From an uncultured Fidelibacterota bacterium (GTDB taxonomy: Bacteria > Fidelibacterota > Marinisomatia > Marinisomatales > UBA1611), in NCBI GenBank assembly GCA_913040915.1, contig CAJWHW010000035.1, positions 1 to 13,321 of the forward strand: a stretch of DNA of 13,321 bases, given 5' to 3'. The notes beneath the pieces are model-generated. The model saw only the letters and a list, made by a program, of their open reading frames with translations, had not been told where the DNA came from and made no database searches. Of this stretch, positions 1 to 8,177 are shown one piece after another (positions within the stretch are counted from its first letter, which is position 1; the number at the start of each line of letters is the position of its first letter). The translations under genes were made by a program, and so were the position numbers.

Positions 1-94
1 CTTTTAATATTTTCTCTGGTTGGTTTCCCGGCACATATAGACGACTCCTTCGAATACGATCATGGGATGTTAAGGTCATATTCCCATCATTCAT
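1..94 (-). CDS. Citrate lyase beta subunit / HpcH-HpaI aldolase-citrate lyase family protein, 5' end only (runs off the left edge)
   Basis: Hand translation of the minus strand gives MNDGNMTLTSHDRIRRSRLYVPGNQPEKILK, matching the RRSxLYVPGNxP N-terminal motif of CitE-family lyases. Start is uncertain: ATG at 94 or 79, and the frame is open back to a TGA at 206-208. Not in the ORF track. Confidence 0.7.
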   Translation of the reverse strand, partial: MNDGNMTLTSHDRIRRSRLYVPGNQPEKILK

Positions 95-347
95 CGGTGG
101 TAATGATTGGGCAGTTAGTACCTTGATGATTTTTTTTGTTTCTAGATTTTCTTGTAAATATTCGATAAATATGTTTTCTTTGTTTAAAGCATCAAATAAA
201 TATAGTCATCTACCGTACAATGAGATTGATGGAGAGTCTTTTCAAATTACGAATCAAAAAATGTATAACCTTATTAGAAATTTTAAATTATTAATAAACT
301 GTATCATTCCTTAAATCATATCAATTATTATGATAATAAATAATTTA

Positions 348-1349
348 TCATTTAATATTTAAACCATATTTTATCATATAATCATATACATCACCTTTTT
401 TCAATATTGGTGATGGAAAATTAATCTTGTTTGGAGAATCGGGAAAGAATTGTGGCTCTAAACAGAGTCCACGATGTTTAGATAATGGTTTACCATATAT
501 GTCATTATAGTTCCCATCTAAGAAATTTCCTGAATAAAATTGTAATCCAGGCAAATTAGTTTTAACACTCATTTCTAATCCGGAACTTTTTGAGTATAAT
601 ATTGCAGCTAAATTTAATTTTTGATCATCATCTATATTAATTACAAAATTATGATCATATCCTTGGGCATAAATGAGTTGTTTAAAATTATTTGAAATAC
701 GTTTACCAATCTTAATTGGTTTTCTAAAATCAAGAGGTGTATTATTCACTGAAACTATCTTTCCTGTAGGAATTAGGTCGCTATTTATTTCGGTATAATT
801 TTCTGCATTAATAAATAATAGATGGTTCAGAATGTTATCACTATTTTCTCCACTTAGATTAAAATAAGAGTGGTGTGTTAGATTAACTATAGTGTCCTGG
901 TTTGCTATACATTCATAATAAATAGAAAGTTCATTATCTTTATTTAATTCATATATTGTCTTTACATTAATATCTCCAGGATATCCCTGGTCTTTATCTG
1001 GACTTCTTAGATTAAAGATTATCTTTGAATCAGAAATCTTTTTTACTGACCATTTTTGACTACTAAATCCTTTTGGACCTCCATGAAGATGATGTCCATT
1101 ATCATTCGTTTTTAGCTGAATACTTTCATCCCCTAATTGAAACTGCCCATTTTTGATACGATTAGCGTATCTACCTGCTGTTGCACCGAGATAAAATGGA
1201 TTATCCATGTAATTTTTTTCATTATCATATCCTAACACAATATTTATTTTTCTACCATCCTTATCTAAAGTATCCCATCTGGTAATTGAAGCCCCCCATT
1301 CAGAAAAAAATATAACAGTGTTTCTATTATTCGATATATGTAAATCCAT
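348..1349 (-). CDS. galM: Aldose 1-epimerase (galactose mutarotase)
   Basis: Motifs GRYANRI, HLHGG, NLTHHSYFNL, YDHNF and GLCLEPQFFPDSPN; 333 aa. Confidence 0.95.
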   Translation of the reverse strand: MDLHISNNRNTVIFFSEWGASITRWDTLDKDGRKINIVLGYDNEKNYMDNPFYLGATAGRYANRIKNGQFQLGDESIQLKTNDNGHHLHGGPKGFSSQKWSVKKISDSKIIFNLRSPDKDQGYPGDINVKTIYELNKDNELSIYYECIANQDTIVNLTHHSYFNLSGENSDNILNHLLFINAENYTEINSDLIPTGKIVSVNNTPLDFRKPIKIGKRISNNFKQLIYAQGYDHNFVINIDDDQKLNLAAILYSKSSGLEMSVKTNLPGLQFYSGNFLDGNYNDIYGKPLSKHRGLCLEPQFFPDSPNKINFPSPILKKGDVYDYMIKYGLNIK

Positions 1350-1450
1350 AAATTTTTTAAAAATTGCTTAATGTTAAGTAAAAAGGAATCAAATTTTTTA
1401 ATGATTCTAATTTATTTAAAAATCTTGTTTTATTACTATTTAAATTATTT

Positions 1451-1600
1451 TTTAACATAAAATTCGTTTCAAATTAAAATCTTAATCATATAGACTAAAA
1501 CTGGATAATATTCTTCATATATATTTTTTGAAATTAGTTTGATGATTTCTTATCTACTAATGAAACAGCACAATCTGCAAAACCTAAACCTGTCATTTGA
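1451..1600 (-). pseudogene. galK: Degraded galactokinase C-terminal remnant
   Basis: 1596-1555 translates to MTGLGFADCAVSLV, 10/14 identical to the GalK motif MTGGGFGGCAVALV. A stop follows at 1534-1536, then a frameshifted DFNLK/EFYV-like tail (1481-1454). Same strand as, and just upstream of, galM. Confidence 0.6.
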
Positions 1601-1898
1601 ATTACAAATCTATTGTGGAAATATTTTACACCTTATCAGCCCCAGAACATTAAATACCATTAATATTTCATTATCATATGCAATAGAGAAATAAAGAAAA
1701 ATTTTTATTTTTAATTAATCATTAAATTTGTTCTACATATCATCTAAATAAATTTGATGATATAAAATAAACATTAATAAAGCGATCTTATTCTATAATA
1801 ATAGAAATGCTTTAATTACTTTGTTAAATAAAAATAGAAAACTTTTTCAAGCTTAATCCTAATCAGTAATTTTTAGATAATTTCTGAACCAATATAAA

Positions 1899-2942
1899 TT
1901 GAAAAATAAATTAAAATACCTGTTATTGGCAGTAATTATTGCTACTATAGCAATATCCTTTAAATATCCAATATTTAGTACCTCCCCAAAAATTTATGCA
2001 TTAGATCAGAATATGGTATTAATACCAGGAGGAAAATTTCTTATGGGTAGTAATGGAGTAGAAGCCTTCTCAAATGAAATGCCCGTACACGAAGTGATTG
2101 TAGACTCCTTTTTTATGGACCAATATGAAGTTACCAATCTCCAATTTTTAGAATTTGTGAATGAGACTGGATATATTACTACTGCAGAAAAAATGATTAG
2201 CTGGGCTGAAATGGAAAAACAATTGCCTGCTGGTACTCCTAAACCACCGGATTCTTTATTGTTACCCGGTTCACTTATTTTTGTTCAAAATAAAAATCTG
2301 ATATTGTTAAATGATGAGTCAAAATGGTGGAAGTGGGAAAAAGGAGCTTCATGGAAAAATCCAGCCGGAAATAATAGTACTACTAAAAATAAAATGAATC
2401 ATCCTGTCGTTCATATATCCTGGGAAGATGCAAATGCTTTTGCGAAATGGGCAGGTAAAAGATTACCGACTGAAGCTGAATGGGAATTTGCTGCCCGTGG
2501 TGGGATAGAAAAATCTCGTTATCCTTGGGGAAATGTATCCATAAATAAATCACCCATGCGCGCTAATTTTTGGCAAGGAAATTTCCCTGCTGTAAATACT
2601 GAAGAAGATGGATTTTTATTAACTGCACCAGTTGGTTCTTACCCACCTAATAATTATGGATTATATGACATGGCTGGAAATGTATGGGAATGGTGTTCTG
2701 ATTATTATAATGAGAGTAGCTATGCTTATGATAAAAGCTTAGGAGTTTGTATTAATCCAAAAGGGCCAGAAATGGCCTACGATTCTGAAGAACCATTCGC
2801 AAAAAAAAGGGTACTGCGAGGCGGATCTTTTTTATGCAATGATAGCTATTGCTCAGGATATAGAGTTAGCAGAAGAATAGGGTCAACAGAAGATACAAGT
2901 CTGAATCACACTGGTTTTCGTTGTGTAAGAGACTATAATTAA
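1899..2942 (+). CDS. Formylglycine-generating enzyme (SUMF1/FGE-sulfatase family) with N-terminal signal/anchor
   Basis: Motifs GGxFxMG, YEVTN, HPVVHISWEDA, RLPTEAEWEFAARGG, GLYDMAGNVWEW, RGGSFLCNDSYC (active-site SxxCxxxxC) and HTGFRC. TTG start; basic plus hydrophobic N-terminus. Confidence 0.9.
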   Translation: MKNKLKYLLLAVIIATIAISFKYPIFSTSPKIYALDQNMVLIPGGKFLMGSNGVEAFSNEMPVHEVIVDSFFMDQYEVTNLQFLEFVNETGYITTAEKMISWAEMEKQLPAGTPKPPDSLLLPGSLIFVQNKNLILLNDESKWWKWEKGASWKNPAGNNSTTKNKMNHPVVHISWEDANAFAKWAGKRLPTEAEWEFAARGGIEKSRYPWGNVSINKSPMRANFWQGNFPAVNTEEDGFLLTAPVGSYPPNNYGLYDMAGNVWEWCSDYYNESSYAYDKSLGVCINPKGPEMAYDSEEPFAKKRVLRGGSFLCNDSYCSGYRVSRRIGSTEDTSLNHTGFRCVRDYN

Positions 2943-3061
2943 GATAAATGGTAAAACGATTATCTTAATAACAATACTATAATCACCATAATTAAACGAT
3001 AATTATCCTACTAAATTTTTTATTACAATAATCTTTAAAGAACTGAAACATATAAAATTGT

Positions 3062-6046
3062 TTATTTTATCTTTTTTATCCACTGCTGTAGGCTAGCCAT
3101 TTTTTCAATGGTTATGGCGCAAACACCAAATGATTTTTCCACTATGCCTCTAATGATAAACAACGTTTCCCAGTGGAGCATATCGCCGAATTCACTGAAC
3201 ACACTAGGTAATAAAACACATTCATAGATCTCTGTTTCATCTTCCATCGTTAAAAATTCCATGGGCTCCAAATTACCAGTTATAGTTTCCTTCCGTGTAA
3301 TATACACTCCAATCAAATAAATGGATTGTCCCACAAATTTTGGGATGTCCTTAGCATATTTGATTCTTCGACTCAACCGTGGCCGATATACTGTCAATGG
3401 ATGGACCGATAATGGATATCCAAACGTTTTTAACTCCATTTGGTATTGATCTTCATCGGATAATTCTTGACAATTTGGTGATACTTTTAGAGGCTGTCGC
3501 TCACCATTTTGGAGATAAAAACCTGCCACGCGATAAGCTAATTCTCGATGATTCAACTCCGGTGCTAATTGCCGAAAACATCCGGCATTGGTTAAAACCA
3601 TTGCATCTGCTAAATCCAACTCCACACGATATAAAAAATCGTTCAGTGAATCGAACTCCCCGGCCTTTCTTTCATCTAGAATTCTGTCCACTGCTTTTTT
3701 CTGAAGTCGCTTTATACTCATGAACCCCATGCGAATTTTATTTTTTCGTCCCCGCCATTCCCGGTTACTTCTATTTACATCCGGCGGCAGAATCTGGATT
3801 CTGAAACGTCGAGCTTCACTCATGTAGGCATAGGATGAATAAAAGCCACCTTGGTTGGAAATAACGGCTGCTAAAAATTCTGCTGGGAAGTGCGCTTTTA
3901 GATAGGCACAGGTGAAAGATAACATGGCGTAGGACGCTGAGTGGGGCTTGCAGAACGAATAGCCAGTAAAGGATGCAATCATGTCCCATACACCTTGAAT
4001 CATTTGGGGCCTATAACCTCTCCGGAGTGATCCTGCTGTGAATTTCTTTTTCCACGATAAAATAAGATGCTGCATGGAATCACGGCTCATGGTTTTTCGC
4101 AACGCATCTGCTTCCGCATAACCCAACCCTGCCATAACCATAGCAGCCATGGACACTTGTTCTTCATAAACCATAATACCATAACTCTCAGATAAAAAAT
4201 CCAAATCAGGATGAAGCAAATTCCATTCTTCCCCGTGAATCCTTGATAACATTATATTGGTAAACCGATTTGCTGCCGGGCGGATAATGGATGAATAAAT
4301 CACCACATGTTCAAAATCTACAATACCGGCCTTTACTAAGAGTTGCCGTGTAGCTGGACTCTCAATATAAAACACACCCATGGTTTTTCCCGATTTCATG
4401 AGTTCTTCAGTTTTACTATCTCCTACAGGCTGGATTTGATGATAATCTACATACTTATTTCTGGATGCCGCTTCGCCGTAATTCAAATTCACCTGGCGAA
4501 TCGTATCTCGTACTACTGCCAGACTCCGATTCCCCAACAGATCAATTTTCAATAGCCCTGAATCTTCCACTTGATCTTTTTCCCACTCTACAATCTGGAT
4601 CCCTTTCGGTGCCACAAGCACAGGTACATATTTTCGAATTTCATCCGGTACAATCACCACACCTCCGGGATGAACCGAGGAGTGACGGAATACCCCTACA
4701 ATTTTTTCACTCTCACGTAAAATGCGAATCAAAGTATCATCTAGATCTACATTAGCAAATCTTGGGTCGGTTCGAACCCAATGTTCTAAGTCCCTTCGGG
4801 AAGCATACCAGCCAATCCGCTTGGTAATACTTTTGATCTCTTCGTTGGATAACCCATGAACCTTCCCCACTTCCCGAATGGCAGACCTTGGTTTTAAAAA
4901 TACTTGGCTCGACACCATGGCCGTCCGAGTATTTCCATATTTTTTGAATACATATTCTAGAATACTAGCCCGCTCATCCCAAGGAAAATCCACATCAATA
5001 TCCGGCATATTTTCCCGTTCCGGATGGATAAATCGTTCAAATTGGAGTGAGTGTCGAAGTGGATCGACCTGCGTGATAAATAAACAATAACTTACAATAG
5101 ATGCAGCAGCGGAGCCTCGGCCGATAGTGGCACGGGTTTGTTCAACAATATCTTGCACAATCAAAAAATATGGTGAAAAACCCTTTTGCGTAATAATACT
5201 TAATTCGTGTTGAATGCGTTGTCTGATTATCTCATTAATCTCTCCATATCGTATCTTAGCACCAACGTAGACTTTCTCTTTCAATGTTTCACTAGAATGA
5301 TACGTCTCTTTTAAAGAAAGCCCGGGAAAAATTGTATTAATAAATGACCAATCCCGTTTACACCGATCTGCCAAATAACGGCTGTTATTCAGTGAATCCA
5401 AACTGTTAGGAAAAAGTCTCACCATATCCGCTTCAAATCGAAACCAATGCTGATCCGATTTATATTCCGATCGGTTCAATTGTTCCAGTGTAGTATTTTT
5501 TTCAATAGCTCTTAGCATTAGGTGGGCATCATGGTCACTTGGAGATCTGAAATAGACATCACCTGTTCCTACAATCTCCAATTTAAATTTTTTGGATAAA
5601 CGATGTGCTTCAGACTCCTGAATACTTGGACGTAGCTCAATAAATAAATGGGTGTCTGGAATAAATTTCATCAACGCTTTCAACGTATTTTCATCATGTG
5701 CGAGAACAAATAAACCAATACATTTTTCCCTTAAAATATCTATAACCGATTGGTTGGGATTATCATGAATAGCAGACACAATACGACAGATATTTTCATA
5801 CCCATACTGATTTTCTGCCAAAAGGATTACTTCATCTTTATCTGTAATTAAATTTGTGCCAGCGATGGGAAAAATTCCTGCATCTTTGCAATGCTGAACA
5901 AAATGGATAAATCCCCATAATCCATTTACATCTGTCAGTGCTAATGTATCCATGCCCTCTGATTTTGAAAGAGATACCAAATCTGAAAGTGATAAAAGTC
6001 CACGCATGGGAGAATAAACAGAATGAGTGTTTAAATGGATAAACAT
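3062..6046 (-). CDS. dnaE2: Error-prone DNA polymerase III alpha subunit (DnaE2/ImuC)
   Basis: PHP N-terminus (HLNTHSVYS), GRGSAA, catalytic PDIDVDF and KIDLLG, YSFCKPH, C-terminal OB fold. Short (994 aa) and directly downstream of lexA and an imuB-like gene. Confidence 0.9.
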   Translation of the reverse strand: MFIHLNTHSVYSPMRGLLSLSDLVSLSKSEGMDTLALTDVNGLWGFIHFVQHCKDAGIFPIAGTNLITDKDEVILLAENQYGYENICRIVSAIHDNPNQSVIDILREKCIGLFVLAHDENTLKALMKFIPDTHLFIELRPSIQESEAHRLSKKFKLEIVGTGDVYFRSPSDHDAHLMLRAIEKNTTLEQLNRSEYKSDQHWFRFEADMVRLFPNSLDSLNNSRYLADRCKRDWSFINTIFPGLSLKETYHSSETLKEKVYVGAKIRYGEINEIIRQRIQHELSIITQKGFSPYFLIVQDIVEQTRATIGRGSAAASIVSYCLFITQVDPLRHSLQFERFIHPERENMPDIDVDFPWDERASILEYVFKKYGNTRTAMVSSQVFLKPRSAIREVGKVHGLSNEEIKSITKRIGWYASRRDLEHWVRTDPRFANVDLDDTLIRILRESEKIVGVFRHSSVHPGGVVIVPDEIRKYVPVLVAPKGIQIVEWEKDQVEDSGLLKIDLLGNRSLAVVRDTIRQVNLNYGEAASRNKYVDYHQIQPVGDSKTEELMKSGKTMGVFYIESPATRQLLVKAGIVDFEHVVIYSSIIRPAANRFTNIMLSRIHGEEWNLLHPDLDFLSESYGIMVYEEQVSMAAMVMAGLGYAEADALRKTMSRDSMQHLILSWKKKFTAGSLRRGYRPQMIQGVWDMIASFTGYSFCKPHSASYAMLSFTCAYLKAHFPAEFLAAVISNQGGFYSSYAYMSEARRFRIQILPPDVNRSNREWRGRKNKIRMGFMSIKRLQKKAVDRILDERKAGEFDSLNDFLYRVELDLADAMVLTNAGCFRQLAPELNHRELAYRVAGFYLQNGERQPLKVSPNCQELSDEDQYQMELKTFGYPLSVHPLTVYRPRLSRRIKYAKDIPKFVGQSIYLIGVYITRKETITGNLEPMEFLTMEDETEIYECVLLPSVFSEFGDMLHWETLFIIRGIVEKSFGVCAITIEKMASLQQWIKKIK

Positions 6047-7219
6047 TTACAATCGACCTAATGCCTGAAATACATCTGCTGTTTGCAGGCTATGAACACC
6101 ATACTTCTGCCGAACTTTTTCTACCGCTTTAGAGACAGCCATATTCCGATTCTCTCCTGTTAAAAAAAGGTCTGTCTGATAAACATAAGGCCGAAAATCA
6201 GACACATCAATCAAAATGGTTCGAATACGATTTCGTCTTTCATTTGCCTTATTAAAAAGTTGCCGACAGACTGTAATCACCGATGTATCATCAATCCCGG
6301 TAATACACCCAATACTGTGACGCTGATGACCATCAATGTAATGAATGACCAATCGAACCCTGTTCGCCAGTTGTCTTCGCTGACGCAGTTTAAAGGCTAC
6401 CTGTTCTGCTAAATTTTTCACGATAGGATGAAGCACCGTTTCATCATTGGTATCTTCCGGAAGCACCATTTGCTCTACAATATGATCCCGGAATTGATGG
6501 GGCCTTACGACAGATGAATCTTTCCCTTGTGCTTCCCGTGCCAATTGGACGGCATGGATACCAAAGAATGTCAGAAATTGATCTGTGTTGCTTGCCATGG
6601 ATTGAATCTGCTGAACCTGTTCAATCCATAAAAATCGGAGCAAACGTTGAACAGGTTTTTCCTTCACTTTAGGTAGAACTAGCGGTATCAAAGGAGATAA
6701 AAATTTTGCTTCTTCACCATTCTGTACTTCATAAATCGTTTCAGGAACCACAGATGTTACAATCCGGCTTATCAATTTATTGATGCTGATACCCACCATG
6801 CCTGCGATACTGGTTTTCTCTTGGATTTGCTTCAAAATAGATAAACCGGTATTATGAGCATGACTCCGAATCTCACACATTCCATTCATATCCAGATAGA
6901 ATCTGCCCATGCCTTCCAACTCCACAACTGGAGTAAATGTGGATACGGTTTCATATACATAACGATTCACGCGGGCATAAAGTGCTTGATTATAGGGTAG
7001 TAACTGGACACCTTGACTCATTTTGCGAGCGATGGAAACTTTCATGCCATGGGATAGTCCTTCTTCTTTTGCTTCTGGAGATAAAAACAGAATTTTACCG
7101 CTTGGCCGGGTAGATGAGATAATGGCTACCGGACGTGTATTCAGACTGGGATCCATGATCCGCTCTGCCTGGAGCTGTAATTCCTTAAGACGTATATGAA
7201 AAACGTCTTGAGCGATCAT
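6047..7219 (-). CDS. imuB: ImuB-like catalytically inactive Y-family polymerase
   Basis: DinB-like layout, but the catalytic motifs are degenerate (HIRLKEL in place of HxDMDAF; GMGRFYLD in place of SxDExYLD). Beta-clamp motif QTDLF at 6164-6178. Its stop codon abuts the dnaE2 ATG with no gap. Confidence 0.85.
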   Translation of the reverse strand: MIAQDVFHIRLKELQLQAERIMDPSLNTRPVAIISSTRPSGKILFLSPEAKEEGLSHGMKVSIARKMSQGVQLLPYNQALYARVNRYVYETVSTFTPVVELEGMGRFYLDMNGMCEIRSHAHNTGLSILKQIQEKTSIAGMVGISINKLISRIVTSVVPETIYEVQNGEEAKFLSPLIPLVLPKVKEKPVQRLLRFLWIEQVQQIQSMASNTDQFLTFFGIHAVQLAREAQGKDSSVVRPHQFRDHIVEQMVLPEDTNDETVLHPIVKNLAEQVAFKLRQRRQLANRVRLVIHYIDGHQRHSIGCITGIDDTSVITVCRQLFNKANERRNRIRTILIDVSDFRPYVYQTDLFLTGENRNMAVSKAVEKVRQKYGVHSLQTADVFQALGRL

Positions 7220-7229
7220 GGAAGCGTAC

Positions 7230-7850
7230 CTAGTTCAAATAATTCCGGAAGGAATAAAGAAGCACGCCATTAATATGAAAATCGTCTTGTGGATTTATTT
7301 TAATGATTGGAAATTTAGGATTCCTGGGATGGAGCTCAATACAATCCAGTCTGGGAATATAACACTTTAATGTGGCTTCACCATTGATCAATGCTACCAC
7401 AATTTGCCCGGATCGAGCTGTAGCTGCTTTCTTCGCAACAATAAAATCGCCATCGTGAATATTTTCATCGATCATGGAATTCCCTTTCACCTGTAGTACA
7501 TAGTTATCAGGATGCAGCAAGGATGGAGGTACATCTACCATTTCTGGGTTCTCTAACGCTTCGATGGGTTCTCCCGCAGCAATAAGGCCCAGCAGCGGCA
7601 AACGAGCTGATGTAGTTGTGGCGTGCTCTTTGTGGATTAATGTGAGCGCTCGCTTACCGTTGGGACCTTTTATACGAGATAAATGACCTTCTTGTTCTAA
7701 GGTCTTTACATACCAATTCACTGTCCCCAATGAACCAAATCCCAAACTAGCCATAATCTCTTCATAGGATGGAGAATAGCCGTGGATCAACGTGAATCGT
7801 TGGATAAAATTCAGGAATTTTTTCAATTTTGGGGACAAGGCTTTTATCAC
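7230..7850 (-). CDS. lexA: SOS repressor LexA
   Basis: N-terminal wHTH (GYSPSYEEI), Ala-Gly cleavage site (IAAGEP), catalytic Ser (VKGNSM) and Lys (EATLK); GTG start; 206 aa. Confidence 0.93.
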   Translation of the reverse strand: MIKALSPKLKKFLNFIQRFTLIHGYSPSYEEIMASLGFGSLGTVNWYVKTLEQEGHLSRIKGPNGKRALTLIHKEHATTTSARLPLLGLIAAGEPIEALENPEMVDVPPSLLHPDNYVLQVKGNSMIDENIHDGDFIVAKKAATARSGQIVVALINGEATLKCYIPRLDCIELHPRNPKFPIIKINPQDDFHINGVLLYSFRNYLN

Positions 7851-7993
7851 GAGGTAATAGAAAAATATTGTGTGATAGATTTTCCATCCCAGACAATAGA
7901 TCGAGATTCTTTTTTACATTCATATTCCTTCAGCCTGGCTAACGCCCGAATAACAGCTAAAGATGGTTGTTTTTTTATTCTTTTCTTCATCAT
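7847..7993 (-). CDS. Small basic hypothetical protein (48 aa) leading the lexA operon
   Basis: MMKKRIKKQPSLAVIRALARLKEYECKKESRSIVWDGKSITQYFSITS. Its TGA overlaps the lexA GTG (GTGA at 7850-7847), and it fills the space between the predicted promoter and lexA. No clear SD. Confidence 0.5.
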   Translation of the reverse strand: MMKKRIKKQPSLAVIRALARLKEYECKKESRSIVWDGKSITQYFSITS

Positions 7994-8068
7994 TTGTAAT
8001 ATACAGAATTCACTAAGATTACAAAGGCTTTCTCTTAGATAACTCTATATCCCTTATGTTTTATAATA

Positions 8069-8090
8069 TTACTCGTAAGTTACTCGTAAG
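8069..8090. promoter_or_regulatory. Candidate LexA operator: tandem 11-bp repeat TTACTCGTAAG x2, each containing the palindrome TTAC-N2-GTAA
   Basis: Exact repeat at 8069-8079 and 8080-8090, immediately downstream of the predicted -10 of the lexA cassette promoter. Confidence 0.65.
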
Positions 8091-8091
8091 T

Positions 8092-8120
8092 ATATTACAA
8101 AAGTTTTTAGTTTTGTGCAA
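8092..8120 (-). promoter_or_regulatory. Predicted sigma70-type promoter of the lexA-imuB-dnaE2 operon
   Basis: Minus strand TTGCAC (8120-8115), 17 nt spacer, TAATAT (8097-8092), directly after the menA terminator. Confidence 0.5.
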
Positions 8121-8152
8121 ATAAAAAGCCCCTGTGTCTAGGGGCTTTTTAT
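8121..8152 (-). terminator. Intrinsic terminator after the PAS-menA gene (potentially bidirectional)
   Basis: Perfect 13-bp inverted repeat ATAAAAAGCCCCT-N6-AGGGGCTTTTTAT with a GC stem and T-tracts on both strands, 25 nt after the stop at 8178. Confidence 0.9.
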
Positions 8153-8177
8153 AAATGTAATGAAATAACTTTGAAGA

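Noticed and set aside
123..314. 63-aa plus-strand ORF
   Set aside because: TTG start, no motif, AT-rich, and antisense to the extended citE-like frame.
1560..1694. 44-aa plus-strand ORF MKQHNLQNLNLSFELQ...
   Set aside because: No SD or recognisable motif; antisense to the galK remnant.
3379..5090. Four plus-strand ORFs (3379-3723, 4343-4555, 4465-4755, 4878-5090)
   Set aside because: Antisense shadows within dnaE2, with no recognisable motifs.
6047..7219. Active DNA polymerase IV (dinB)
   Set aside because: The catalytic Asp/Asp-Glu residues are absent, and the context fits ImuB.
7782..8042. 86-aa plus-strand ORF
   Set aside because: Antisense to the lexA start and to the better-placed 48-aa minus-strand ORF.
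8069..8090. CRISPR or mobile-element repeat
   Set aside because: Only two abutting 11-bp units, no spacers, and no cas or transposase gene in the window.
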